DNA from: an uncultured Clostridia bacterium
Lineage (GTDB): Bacteria > Bacillota > Clostridia > Christensenellales > DTU072
Assembly: GCA_934274515.1 (NCBI GenBank)
Contig: CAKQTC010000005.1
Span: 77,193-141,192, forward strand
DNA length: 64,000 nucleotides
Direction of reading: 5' to 3'
A model generated the notes under the pieces. That model was not told where the DNA came from, did no database searches, and was given only the letters and a program-made list of their open reading frames with translations. Below, piece after piece: positions 27,901 to 38,098 of the stretch. The translations under genes were made by a program, and so were the position numbers. Within the stretch, counting starts at the first letter, position 1. Each line of letters opens with the position of its first letter.

Positions 27901-30900
27901 GTAAACGTCGCCGCTTCTCTCATCACGTTTACAAGGTACGTCCGCATCGCTTTCTTGGAATACAAGAACTTCTGCGCGCCGTCTTTCGTCGCGTAAGCCC
28001 ATACCGTCGCAAAATTGTTTATGGTATAAGTTTTGTTTTTCGCTCCGGAATAACTCTCTTCCGAGCCGCCTCTCGCCGCGCCTATATCCAAACGGTTTTC
28101 CAACAGTTTTATCACCGTTTCGCGGATTTTAAGGTAATTTTCGTCCTTAACCGCCATCAACCCGTCCGCATACTCGTACGCTTCGAACAACGCCTGTACG
28201 AACGCCGCGTAAGCGAGTTTTTCATAGGTGTATTTCTTCGTCGCGACCAGAGCGTTTCCGTCCGCGCCCTGTTTATACAGTTTTATCGACTTGCCGCGCC
28301 CGTAACTTACTCTCGCCGCTTTTTCTTCTTCTCTCAAACTGTCGTACCTTACTTTTCGTTTGTCTATCAGATAATCGACGTAAACCACTTCAAACCCGAA
28401 CCCGTCTTTTTCGGCAAGCGAAACGTCTATTTGTTTAGCCGCGAGTTCCACGTCCGTGTTCGCGTTTTTGAGAGAACGCAGTTTATACACGTCTTTAATC
28501 ACTTCGTCCGCGTTAAACCCTGCCTCTACCATATTCTTATAATAGATAGCGTCGTTGTAACGTTCGTCCGTAAGTCCTTTTATCTCTTCGCCGAGCAGTT
28601 TGGCGTATTCCCTTTCCACGAGCAACCGTATCGCCGAGTTATACCCGTTCTGCGTGAACGCGTCGAAGTACGAATTTACTCTTTCGTCTATTGCTTTTTG
28701 TTTTGCCGCTTTACTACCGCCGCCGTCTATGGTTTTCTTTATTGCGACTACGACTTCGCCCGCGTCTCCCGTCGTCGGGTCGTAATAAGCGAGCGTCGTC
28801 GCTTCCGCGATAAGATTTGCAAGAGCGTAATTATAACTTTGTTCTTGCGTAAACGCCTCGGTCTTCGGCAATAAGTTTTCGTTATAACTTCCCTTATAAT
28901 TTATCGTCTTTGTCCACGCGAGCAGTTTTTCGCTTATTTCCGCGCTCGTCGTGCCTGCGTTCGGCTCTATTCCGACGTTTGTCGCCGCCGAACGTATCGT
29001 GCTCTTTATTTCTTGCGCCGCCGATATCACCGCTCTAAGGTTGTTTTCTACCCTTATTGTGTTGACTTTTCCGAGCAGCGTCATCTGATACACCGTAAGG
29101 TCGCTTTCGTAATCCGCATAAATCGAGTTTCTTATCGTTTCGTCCGCAATGTCAACCACCGCGCTTACGTCGCTGTAAACTAATTTCGTTTCCAACGTGT
29201 ATATTCCGCCGTCGCGAACGAACTTATACAAACTCGTCCCTTTTATCTTCTCGTTCTTTTCTTCGGTCGTAAGTTTGTCGTACTCTTTACGCACCAAATT
29301 GCCGTTTACGTCGCGTTCGTAGTACTGTTCGCGATAATAAGTAACCGTCGCGACCATGGCAAACCCGTCTTTGTCTTCGATAAACGCCTTTACGTCGCTG
29401 TCCGCTATCGTAAGTTGCTTGTCTTCTTCGCTAAGCAGCGCGTACTTAATCGCGTTTCCGTCGTCGTCGGCATAACGAACGTAACTGACCAAAGGCGTGA
29501 CTTCTTTAACTCTCTTGTTAAAGAAACAGAACCGCACGTTGAGTTGTTGTCCCAACCCGAGGTCTATGGTAAGGTTAAGTCCGCGTTCGGAAAGCATCGA
29601 CGCGTCAACGGACGTAAGGTCGCCGTCTTCGCTCGTCATATACTCCACGTTCATTCCGCGATAGTCGAAATATATCTTGCTCACTTCTCGCGTTCCGCCG
29701 TAAAAATATTTTACTTTCGTAAATTCGAACACGTCTCCGCTCGAATATTGCGCCGGGATTGCCGTAGGCAGTTCCACAAACCACGGTTTTTCTTTCTTGC
29801 CCGTTTCGATGGTGTCGTCTCGACGAATAACGCCGCTTCGTACCGCGTCCGCGTCGTCGTATGCGTCCACGTACACGCGATAGGTAAGTTTTCCGCCGTC
29901 GTTAAGCGTTTCCGTGGCAAGCCCGTTGCCGTATTCTTCGCTTTCCCACGGCAATACCGTAACTTCTGCCGAATTGACTTTTATGTACGCGGAAATCTTC
30001 GTCGCGCCGTACTTGCCGCCGCTCCCGTCCGAACAACCGAGTATATCCGCCGTAGCCATTACGTATCCGCTGCCCGAAGTGCCTTTATAGGTTAATTTGC
30101 TGAGTATCGAGTCCTTCGCTCCGTACCATGCGGAATTGATTTTCCATTCTACGTTGCTTACGGTGACGAGTCTTCCGTTTACTACGACGGTAAGCGTCGT
30201 CGGCAGATAATCCGTTCCTCCGAGATACTCCGTTACGCCGGGGTTAACCAAATCGTACACGTTTTCCACCGTTATAAGCCCGTCTTTTATGGCAAACTTT
30301 TTCGTTTCCGTAAACGGCGCGTCGGGATTTCCTCCCGAGAAATTCCCGGTAAGCGCGCTCGCAAGTTCTTCAAACTCGACGTGTATCTTTACTCTGAACC
30401 CTTCGTTCGTAAGCGAACTGAGCGTTATTTGCCTTGCTTTGCCCGTCGAATATATCGCTTCCGCAGGTATGTTTTGTATAATATCCCCCGCGCCGACGCC
30501 CGTTATGTTCAACGGGTTCCCGTTAATCGTTTCGACGTACCATTTTTCCAGCCGCTCGTCCGTCGCGCTGTTGTTGTACCCGAATATCTTCGTGTTCCCG
30601 GTGCCGTCGTTGACGACGGCGGTAAGCGTCTTGGATATGTTGTTACCCAAAACGTACCCGTTTTCGTACGTCGCCTGTCCGCCCGACGTATAAACGTTTA
30701 CTTTTATCGTGGTAGTGCCTTTGCTGTCGCTCGTAAGGTAATAACCGCCCGCAAAACGCAAATTCGCTTTCATATCGTACGAACCCGCACCCGTTCCGAG
30801 AGAAACGACGTACTTCCCGTCGGGCGCGATTTCTCCCGAACCGACGAGCATATCGTTTACGTCCATTATCTTATACAGATTTTTTATCTCGATGCTCTTG

Positions 30901-33900
30901 CCGGAGATAATCTTCTCCGTTCCGCTCGCCACTCTCGTATAGCGATAATACCTTTCCATTCTGTAAGTAAGTTCTCTGTAAGAAAGAGTATAACTCTTTC
31001 CGTCCGAACTCCTTAGTTCTATCGTTCCGTTTTCCTTTAACCCGAGTTCTTCGTAATACGAGATTTTCTTCGTGTCGGAATTGTATCCGATAAACGCCGA
31101 CAAATTGTCGTTAAACGGTTCTCCCGATGTTCCCGTGCCTTTTCCGTTCACTTTAACAACGCGCATATCGCCGTACTTGACAGCCATATCCTCGCCGATA
31201 AGGTACGCGGCGAGTTCGGCGTAGGTTATCGTTCTCGACGCCGTTGCGGAACGTATCGTAAGCCTTCCGTCGTCGTCTGCGTCCGCAAAGAATTCTTCCC
31301 CTGCCTCGGTTTTGTATTTAAGCGTAACGGACATAACGTCGGAACCGTCCCTGTACGTATACGCTATTTTCGCCACTTTCGATAACGGATAGAACGCCGT
31401 CGAGCCTACCGCGGACTTCATTCTGAGCGACAACCCGTAAATCGACTCTTTTTGTCCGATTATAGACTGACTTCCGAAGTTCATCTCTTCTTTCGTGAGT
31501 TTAAGCGTCGCTCTCGAATACAACGTGGATATCAATTCGTACAATCCGACGCTCTTTTCGAGAATATACCGTCCGCTTTCTTCCCCTCTCGAATACAACG
31601 CGATTTCTCCGCCGTCAACGTCGTCGCTCGCCGCGCCGGTGCTTATATGAATGTACCAGCGTTGCGAGTCCTGTTTGTAATAGCCGAACTCCCTGTTCGA
31701 CACGTTAAACATCTCTCTTATTTGTACTTTTTCTTCTTTTATCGTTCCGCTTTCGTTTTCCACGGTAACGTAATAAAGCCCGAACTCATTGTTGACTTCC
31801 ACGTCCGCCAACTCGAAATTCTCTACGCAAACGACGAGATAAATATCGACGGTTACGCCGCCTTCCGTACCTATCGTGGTAACGAGCGTGACTATGGAAT
31901 CGGGTCTGAACGAGAAACTGCCGCCCGTTTTCGCCACTCTCCAAGAAGGAGCGTAATCTCTCGTATGCCCGACGAACGTCGCGGTAAGGCGCGACGGGAG
32001 TTTGAAGTTTTCAAACGTGTTGACGTAATAGGTATAATACGTCAATTTGGTAATCGACGTACCCGACGTAATCTCCGTCTTCGTCCCGGGCGTGTCGAGT
32101 TTGTTGTTCATATCGTCGTAAAAATCGACGTTTAACGGGTCTTTGCTCAATATCTTGACGGCAACGACGACTTCCCTGTATCCGCTGACCGCGTTGCCTA
32201 TCTTGAACATCGCGCGGAAAACGAGTTCTTCCGTTCTCGTCTTTACGTCTATCGCTACCTTGTATCTCTTCTTCCCGTTTTCGACGACTACGTCGATAAG
32301 GGGTTTCACAAGCCCGTCTTCTTTGTCCACGTAGGTATATACGGGATTGCCGTCCGCGTCGAAGTACGCGCACCATTCAAGTCCGCCGAACACATGCGAC
32401 GAAGTGAAATTTTGGTATTTGAAGAACACTCGCATACTGTCGGGCAAGTACATCGTTTCCGCGTTAAGCGGATCTACTCTGTAATACCCGTGCGCTCCGC
32501 CGCTTACCGTCGGATTAATCTCTTCCACTCTGCTCATCGCAAACGGATTACCCGTAAGTTCGTCGGTTTCTTCCGCTCCCGCGTCGTCCACTTCGAGTTG
32601 CGGACAGTCCGCCGTTATTCTAAGTTCTATCATCGAAAAATCCGTCGTTCCGATAGTTTGGTCGTCGAGTTTATCGGGTTCGATTATCGAGTTTGAAAGC
32701 GTGCTTATCGCGTAAAGTTCGTTGTCGAGCGAGAAGTACAGCCTGAACAAATAATATAAATCCAGTCCTGCCGTGGTCACTTTTTCGGTTATATCCGTGT
32801 TAAACCCGTATTTTGCGCGCATTTCGGGGTCGCCGGTAACGTACTTTTCGTATTCATACTCGTTGAGATAAACCGCTTTCGTCGGGTCTGTTCTGTCGTA
32901 GAAATAGTAGAACGGACGATTTATGAGTTCGGTTGCACCCTCTTCGTCGGTGTTTCTCAGCAACGCGTACCCTTTGCGGTCGGACGCGTATTTCGTCGAT
33001 TTTCCCGTGCCGTATTCGGTGTCGAACACTTTTCCGTCAAGCGCGGTTTCGGATAGTTTATAAACGGAAGTAAGTTCTTTGAACTTAACTTGCGAGCGTT
33101 TCATCGCTCTGCTCGTTACCGAATTCTTAATATACAGATTTTCTTCGGTTACTTCCGCCGTTCCTCCCGACAATCTTATCACTTTGACGAGTTTCGCCCT
33201 TTGCGCGTCGGTAAGCGATTCGTAACGCAATTCCAGTTCGGTAAACGAATCGTCGTAGAGATAGGAATATCCGTATTCGGCATAGCCGGAACCGTTGCTC
33301 GTAACGTTGGTAACGTACGGATTTCCCCAAGTAAGGGCGTACGAACTCTCCACACTGTACGCTCCGGAGTACGTTTCGTCGCTGTTCTTTATCAATCCGC
33401 GAACTATGCTCATATCGAACACGTATTCGTATTTAGACGCGCCGTCGGTAAAGACGAAAATCGGACGCCTGTTTATTTCATAAGTGCTTTCGTCGTAATA
33501 GTTGCCGCGGTAAAGTCCGTTTATCTTGACGTCTTCGTCGTCCGAATTGTAAGTATTCGGGTCAAAATCGTCGTTTTCGTAGAATTTAAGATGAGAAAAT
33601 TCACGCTTGCCGATATTCACTTTAAGCGCGATGAGTTGACCTTTGAACGTGGTGTGCAGGTACAGCGTTCCGCCCGTCGGTGATATGCCGAATTCCCTGT
33701 TTTCGCCGGGTTCGCAGTCAAACTTCCAGTCATATCTCGTTATTACCCCGTTGTCGTTGCTCGAATATTTCTTCGCGACGTATCTGTCGCCTACGTTGTT
33801 GACGTAAAGATAACTCTGCATCCATTTGAACGCGATATCGAACGCGTACTTATCTTGCGAGAAGTACTTGCTCGCAAATTTCGCTACCGCCGCCGCGTAC

Positions 33901-36900
33901 CCTTGTTCCATCGCCTCTCTGCTGTGCAAAACGGCGGGGTTGAAGTTCGTCGTGTCGGACAGGAACTCGTACTTCTTTATCGCGTAATCATACGGGTCAA
34001 CGTCGATTTCGTCCACTACGGGCGTGCTTGTGGACATTCCGTTTTCTTCCGTGTATACGGTAACGTAGTCGTTCGTTTCTATCTCGCGGTTGGTTACGAT
34101 AATCCTTACGGGGAACTTCGTTTCTCCCATCATTCCCGGTGCGATTACGACCTCGGTAACCGTCATATAACCTTTTTTGTCCGACGACGCCCTGTCCCAG
34201 TCGATGACGTATTGTGAGTTAAACGCTTTCAACTGCGTCGTGTTTCCTACCGTCAATACGTTTACTCTCGTCTTGTCGGCGAGCGGCTCGCACGGCTCCA
34301 TTACGTACAAAGATATAGGCGTCTTGGTACTCGATATAAGCACGCCGTCTTTGTCGTACACTTCCACGACGAACTCTTCGTCTTCCTTGCTGTAATATTG
34401 CGGATACCCCGTACTTGCGTCGTAGTAAAGCGTGTTCACTTTGCCGAGTTCGCCGTTGTCTTTACTTTCAAACACCGCAAAATAACGTCTTACCTGTCCC
34501 ATAAAACTTCCGTTCGTTCTCGGCGCGTACTGCGTCTTACACGCTTCGGTAACCGCCACCGAATCCGGGTCGTATTCAAACAGCAGATTTCTATCGGTTT
34601 TCTTCGATATATACGCGTGGTTTCCGTCTTTGTCTTCTATCGCGCGGTTTCTGTCGAAATAATAGAAATTCGCGCCGCTGTCGTGGAACAAAACTTCGTT
34701 TATTCCCAGCCAATAGATGTAAACCGTGCCGTCCGCGCCCGTTTCTATATACTCGCTCTTTACCTGCCGTTGTTTGCCGTAATACGTGCGATAATAGTAT
34801 TTGCCGTCCGATTCGTAAACAAGCATATTGTCTTTGACTTTGTCTTTGGACGGGTCAAGGATAAGTTCGTCCAAAACGAACTTCGTCCTGTAAATATCTT
34901 GGTTGTTGTCGTCTTCCTTGTTAAAGAACGAACTCGCGCCGTATTCTATCGCCTGTCGAGCGATCGACCTGCGCGCGCCGAGTTGATACAGGTAAATCGT
35001 GCCTGCGTAAATCGTGCCTGCGTCGTTGTCGAGAATTACGCTGTCCTTGTATACGAGGAAGTCGTATTTAAGCGGATCGTAGTCGTCCATATAGTCTTCG
35101 TAAAAGTATACGGGAAGTTTGTCGTGCAACGCCGTGTCGTACGGGCTGTTTCCTATGATGTTATCGAAAAACCCGACTTGATACATATAGTATTGAAGTC
35201 TTATGGATTCCAAACCTTTAACCCTGTAATCGAACCCTGCGTCTACTTTGATGTTACCGATAAGTCCGTTTACGCGGAATAGGTTTTGCAACGTTTCGTT
35301 GGAAGAAGTTATTTCGAGTTTGTCCGCCGCGGGAATAACGTACGCGTCTTTGCAAAGCGCGGCTATTATACTCGTAAGGGACAAGTTAAAATCGTTATCC
35401 GCAAAACTCATTACGTCGTCTTCTATCGACGTTTGATTGTTCATATACGCGTACATAGACGCCATAAAGACGTCTTCTCTTATTTTTACCTTAGGTATGA
35501 CCTGAGTTCCGTTTTTCGTAACGCACGCGATGTTTACCCAAACGTAGCCGAGTTCCGCTTCTCGCGCGGGCAAGTTTTTGTAGACTTCGTTGTCGAAACA
35601 TACGTCGTCCGACGCTAGCCCGATGATTATTTCGGTTTCGTTGCTGCCCGTAAGCCAAACGGTAAGTTCAAACGCGCTTCGTTTCGCCTTTTTAAGTCGC
35701 CCGTCCACGACCTGATCTTTGACAAACTGGTCGTAAATAAGATTAAACGTAAGCCCCGCGTTCGTCGCAAGGACGTACGGCGTGTTCAAACCCGAACTCT
35801 CGCCTATGGTGGCGGATAACAGTTTACTTAAATCTACCGTTTCCTGCGAACTGAATATAAACGTGCCGCGGAGCGTTCCCGAATAGGTGTATATCTCCCT
35901 AAGCGGCTTAAAGTTGCTGAAATCGACGCGTTTGATTTTAACCGCTTCGCCGAACTTGACGGGTATGAGTTCGAGCGAGAACAGCATATTGCTCGGTTCT
36001 CCCGCTTTAATGCCGACGTTTGTAAACATTTTTATCGTAAACTCTTGTTTGTCTACGTCCCAAGTAAGGGTAAAGTACGTCTTTTCGAGCATTATTTCCG
36101 CACTCGCTATGCCGAGCATTATCGCTATTTGGTCGAGCGTGTACGGCAACATCGAGTCGAGAATATTGATAATCTGTCGCGTCGAGAACGTTCCCACGCC
36201 CGTTTCTTCGAGCATTTGCTTGATAAGTTCTATATCGACTTGCAACGTTTCGCTGTTTATCGAGAAAATGTCGCCTGCAATTTTTTCGGTAAACGTCGTT
36301 TTTGCCATCAAATATTCCAAAACTTTGTTTTGTTTGTCGCTTGACGCCGGGTTCAAAATGGAATCGACGATTTTTACTATCATATCGTTACACATTCGGT
36401 AGAACTTCCCGAGTACATCGGCAAGATCGAGATGTTCGTCGTAAACCTGCGGAAAACCGAGCGCCTCCACGTCAACCCATCCGTACATATACGATAACCC
36501 GGATATGTCGAGCCACGACCGCTCTTCGCGGTAGTACAACCCCATCATAAGTTCGCCGTTGGCTATGTCGCGGAACTCCATCAACACGTTGTTTGTGCTG
36601 TTGTCGTGTTGCTGCATATCCGTCTTTATCTCCGCGTCGAACTGCGCGTCCCACGACGGAACGTACAGTAATCCGTCGAATTCGTATTTTCCGTATTCGA
36701 ACGGCGTGTAATATTTTGTATCCAAGTCGATGTTATCGGGATACGTCCACCCGTAGTCGAACCGTATTTTCGACGTATAGGTATACAACGTGTCGTAACT
36801 GTTTACCACTCCTCGGAAGTCGAACGCGGCGTTTGTGAGAACGTTGGTGACGCCGCTCTTGTCCGGCGACACGATTGCCTGCATGTCCGCGTCTATCGTC

Positions 36901-37853
36901 TGTACGAGCGCGTTTGCGACCGTGCTGAACTTAAACCCTAAGAATTTTTTTGTCATCGGGTCCCATTTTCTGCCGAACACGCCGAGCAGTTTGTCGATGA
37001 GGTCGTTCACGTTTTGCGCGATTGCGTCGAGAGTAACGGAATAGAAGAACAGGCTTATTTTGTCGTCGTTTACGACTCTCTTGTAGTTTTGTCCGATAAG
37101 GCTGACCATGGTCGAGTTTATCGCGCCCGTACCCGCGTCGCCTTGCAATCCGAGAGATTCCAAAAGTCCCTCTACCGACAGATTGACGAGAAGTCTTATC
37201 ATTTGTTGATACAATACCGTATCGCCGAATTCGGGGAAACTGCGTTTATATCCCTGTATGTTTGCGTAAAGGATATTACCAGGCGTTTCTTCGCTGCTGT
37301 TTACGCCGTCGAAGTAAAGCCCGATAAGAACTTCGTTCGTCGCGCCGTCTTTCCATTCGATGGTAAAGTCCGAACGCTTTATTGCCTCGTTGTGAATTTC
37401 CAAAGCGGACACGAGCGTACGCGTACCCGCTTCGTTGTTCTCGTCGTAGAACACGCCGTTTTCGTAATATTTGTAAATCGGATTGCCCTTTTCGTCTTCG
37501 TAGGGATAAGTATACAGATACGCTTTTACTCCGAGAGTGAAGTGTCCCGCGGTTTTGCCTTCCGGGTCGAGAATGTCGATGTCGAAATCGACGCCCATAT
37601 AATAACCGCTGTCTACGAACGATTCGCTGTCAAGGTATTTTCTTAGCGCGGTAATTGAATCGGTAAATTCGTTAACCGCCTCTTCTCCCGTGGTATGGTC
37701 TTTGTTGTAATAGTTCTCTTTGTTATCGAGCAACTTATACGCTTCGCCTTTCTCGGGGTCTTTAAGTTCGCACCCCGTAAAGACAAACGACAAAACCAAC
37801 GCGAATATCGCGCACAGGAATATTTTTTTGAAAACACCTTTCTTCGTACTCAT
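24948..37853 (-). CDS. giant surface lipoprotein 2 (4301 aa)
   Basis: Uninterrupted 12,906-nt ORF with GGGAGG 9 nt upstream. N-terminus MSTKKGVFKKIFLCAIFALVLSFVFTGC is a lipobox signal peptide. Big_4-like LP...v.W modules (e.g. YLPTTLTVVVNGRLVTVSNVEWKI). A helical region of about 500 aa (nt ~27650-29150). A Cys cluster near the C-terminus (nt ~25931-26160). Confidence 0.9.
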   Translation of the reverse strand: MSTKKGVFKKIFLCAIFALVLSFVFTGCELKDPEKGEAYKLLDNKENYYNKDHTTGEEAVNEFTDSITALRKYLDSESFVDSGYYMGVDFDIDILDPEGKTAGHFTLGVKAYLYTYPYEDEKGNPIYKYYENGVFYDENNEAGTRTLVSALEIHNEAIKRSDFTIEWKDGATNEVLIGLYFDGVNSSEETPGNILYANIQGYKRSFPEFGDTVLYQQMIRLLVNLSVEGLLESLGLQGDAGTGAINSTMVSLIGQNYKRVVNDDKISLFFYSVTLDAIAQNVNDLIDKLLGVFGRKWDPMTKKFLGFKFSTVANALVQTIDADMQAIVSPDKSGVTNVLTNAAFDFRGVVNSYDTLYTYTSKIRFDYGWTYPDNIDLDTKYYTPFEYGKYEFDGLLYVPSWDAQFDAEIKTDMQQHDNSTNNVLMEFRDIANGELMMGLYYREERSWLDISGLSYMYGWVDVEALGFPQVYDEHLDLADVLGKFYRMCNDMIVKIVDSILNPASSDKQNKVLEYLMAKTTFTEKIAGDIFSINSETLQVDIELIKQMLEETGVGTFSTRQIINILDSMLPYTLDQIAIMLGIASAEIMLEKTYFTLTWDVDKQEFTIKMFTNVGIKAGEPSNMLFSLELIPVKFGEAVKIKRVDFSNFKPLREIYTYSGTLRGTFIFSSQETVDLSKLLSATIGESSGLNTPYVLATNAGLTFNLIYDQFVKDQVVDGRLKKAKRSAFELTVWLTGSNETEIIIGLASDDVCFDNEVYKNLPAREAELGYVWVNIACVTKNGTQVIPKVKIREDVFMASMYAYMNNQTSIEDDVMSFADNDFNLSLTSIIAALCKDAYVIPAADKLEITSSNETLQNLFRVNGLIGNIKVDAGFDYRVKGLESIRLQYYMYQVGFFDNIIGNSPYDTALHDKLPVYFYEDYMDDYDPLKYDFLVYKDSVILDNDAGTIYAGTIYLYQLGARRSIARQAIEYGASSFFNKEDDNNQDIYRTKFVLDELILDPSKDKVKDNMLVYESDGKYYYRTYYGKQRQVKSEYIETGADGTVYIYWLGINEVLFHDSGANFYYFDRNRAIEDKDGNHAYISKKTDRNLLFEYDPDSVAVTEACKTQYAPRTNGSFMGQVRRYFAVFESKDNGELGKVNTLYYDASTGYPQYYSKEDEEFVVEVYDKDGVLISSTKTPISLYVMEPCEPLADKTRVNVLTVGNTTQLKAFNSQYVIDWDRASSDKKGYMTVTEVVIAPGMMGETKFPVRIIVTNREIETNDYVTVYTEENGMSTSTPVVDEIDVDPYDYAIKKYEFLSDTTNFNPAVLHSREAMEQGYAAAVAKFASKYFSQDKYAFDIAFKWMQSYLYVNNVGDRYVAKKYSSNDNGVITRYDWKFDCEPGENREFGISPTGGTLYLHTTFKGQLIALKVNIGKREFSHLKFYENDDFDPNTYNSDDEDVKINGLYRGNYYDESTYEINRRPIFVFTDGASKYEYVFDMSIVRGLIKNSDETYSGAYSVESSYALTWGNPYVTNVTSNGSGYAEYGYSYLYDDSFTELELRYESLTDAQRAKLVKVIRLSGGTAEVTEENLYIKNSVTSRAMKRSQVKFKELTSVYKLSETALDGKVFDTEYGTGKSTKYASDRKGYALLRNTDEEGATELINRPFYYFYDRTDPTKAVYLNEYEYEKYVTGDPEMRAKYGFNTDITEKVTTAGLDLYYLFRLYFSLDNELYAISTLSNSIIEPDKLDDQTIGTTDFSMIELRITADCPQLEVDDAGAEETDELTGNPFAMSRVEEINPTVSGGAHGYYRVDPLNAETMYLPDSMRVFFKYQNFTSSHVFGGLEWCAYFDADGNPVYTYVDKEDGLVKPLIDVVVENGKKRYKVAIDVKTRTEELVFRAMFKIGNAVSGYREVVVAVKILSKDPLNVDFYDDMNNKLDTPGTKTEITSGTSITKLTYYTYYVNTFENFKLPSRLTATFVGHTRDYAPSWRVAKTGGSFSFRPDSIVTLVTTIGTEGGVTVDIYLVVCVENFELADVEVNNEFGLYYVTVENESGTIKEEKVQIREMFNVSNREFGYYKQDSQRWYIHISTGAASDDVDGGEIALYSRGEESGRYILEKSVGLYELISTLYSRATLKLTKEEMNFGSQSIIGQKESIYGLSLRMKSAVGSTAFYPLSKVAKIAYTYRDGSDVMSVTLKYKTEAGEEFFADADDDGRLTIRSATASRTITYAELAAYLIGEDMAVKYGDMRVVKVNGKGTGTSGEPFNDNLSAFIGYNSDTKKISYYEELGLKENGTIELRSSDGKSYTLSYRELTYRMERYYRYTRVASGTEKIISGKSIEIKNLYKIMDVNDMLVGSGEIAPDGKYVVSLGTGAGSYDMKANLRFAGGYYLTSDSKGTTTIKVNVYTSGGQATYENGYVLGNNISKTLTAVVNDGTGNTKIFGYNNSATDERLEKWYVETINGNPLNITGVGAGDIIQNIPAEAIYSTGKARQITLSSLTNEGFRVKIHVEFEELASALTGNFSGGNPDAPFTETKKFAIKDGLITVENVYDLVNPGVTEYLGGTDYLPTTLTVVVNGRLVTVSNVEWKINSAWYGAKDSILSKLTYKGTSGSGYVMATADILGCSDGSGGKYGATKISAYIKVNSAEVTVLPWESEEYGNGLATETLNDGGKLTYRVYVDAYDDADAVRSGVIRRDDTIETGKKEKPWFVELPTAIPAQYSSGDVFEFTKVKYFYGGTREVSKIYFDYRGMNVEYMTSEDGDLTSVDASMLSERGLNLTIDLGLGQQLNVRFCFFNKRVKEVTPLVSYVRYADDDGNAIKYALLSEEDKQLTIADSDVKAFIEDKDGFAMVATVTYYREQYYERDVNGNLVRKEYDKLTTEEKNEKIKGTSLYKFVRDGGIYTLETKLVYSDVSAVVDIADETIRNSIYADYESDLTVYQMTLLGKVNTIRVENNLRAVISAAQEIKSTIRSAATNVGIEPNAGTTSAEISEKLLAWTKTINYKGSYNENLLPKTEAFTQEQSYNYALANLIAEATTLAYYDPTTGDAGEVVVAIKKTIDGGGSKAAKQKAIDERVNSYFDAFTQNGYNSAIRLLVEREYAKLLGEEIKGLTDERYNDAIYYKNMVEAGFNADEVIKDVYKLRSLKNANTDVELAAKQIDVSLAEKDGFGFEVVYVDYLIDKRKVRYDSLREEEKAARVSYGRGKSIKLYKQGADGNALVATKKYTYEKLAYAAFVQALFEAYEYADGLMAVKDENYLKIRETVIKLLENRLDIGAARGGSEESYSGAKNKTYTINNFATVWAYATKDGAQKFLYSKKAMRTYLVNVMREAATFTDSIATDGAAWNEFTSLEENVIAYSYNYISNYATTVNSIRRSLMSGTPVTSILRNLIAAGIKSYSRNVYLEAEYMDAIKDVQSINGQIFTLNKYEGGTYSAAKFNDLIDEYTARYLIEPYYAYRAVPHKILVYFEGDDSLEDESGRPYQTGITWTTDTISGAVSYLGREGTIAGTITAPVTGDSKAVYIAVAARERLLADKDKIVTTVYAEDAIAYARKESGEEEATSDKKYLMKEGGGANANTIFFYEYEYDESGKTVLGAVRYTLVYSVRNGVKKIDKFSGYDATSTIIYSLVNEYDYDGNVGAQSMYVYNPFEFRAEEDMPSTMMVGGDAMKIKWSKLSIQPTGNVAAVSDGGKATVTGKIGSEAGQTVEMNLYVAQWNYAGMYRKTETEAGIEFVVGAATERFVYMGALNVYFSAYSAYSAEDYYLVTFGVKIYMPDASGEKAVRRIVFEQKGEVVDVVIRDKNDGFIRKLFYPEDSRLLEYGLDDESMETVNARKRYVIYWDAPKRNRVISEQTTDNNCLIYLGNSEVGRPSLDGLKEYGDIAAPTKATYSCERMSIEKMSFIEAGAHTAEIKDNVVTITCEESGVRYDLDVATGEFTCSECEGKHSATVFGANKWSLVCKTENCSGREVKLTVEVNGEIATVKCENRACKLFEEVGDAIMGQLKQAPVVVSPDGYFPTTGKVKLKEINVAYRKEELRVRYLWNNGYDAVINGISAFVRYAYPDVEDASVKTYAKNLLMTWDIISENERLEIIENAKKYQRALNDYRGDAYTEEMCVRDAYALLAINERYDYAKEKERLRGGGNNSVQVTVLVGVEGSSEIYMKQTPVKVLFADYSPLGYYEKKGTGYEPVAALSKAEYLKAIERGRPFYPEIYVSVRKEYWNENKNESRYETDEKTAPYDDIGANMYKLLQIHAERTARGKYGVKYDVITGGDGNEQLLVKITDIEWVYDEGTSRLSSKKFVLDGTSHEYNLLILVLK

Positions 37854-37910
37854 CTAGAAGTACCTCCCGGGCAAAAAGAGCGTAGTATACCCCTTTTTGC
37901 TAATGTAATA

Positions 37911-37939
37911 ATTATATATACGAATACGCTTTCTGTCAA
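37911..37939 (-). promoter_or_regulatory. consensus sigma-A type promoter for giant gene 2 (and probably gene 1)
   Basis: On the minus strand, TTGACA (37939-37934), a 17-nt spacer, then TATAAT (37916-37911), about 55 nt upstream of ATG 37853. Confidence 0.65.
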
Positions 37940-38098
37940 GACGCGCAGGAAAGATAAATATTATTTTAATTATACGAAAAACAACGCCCGCGTTTTGCGC
38001 GCGATTAGCGCAATTCGCACGCGTTTTACGCACGCGTTCGTTCTCTCTCCCCCCGAATTAGTTGCTTTTTGAGCCGCAGTATGCTAGACTTAGGCAAT

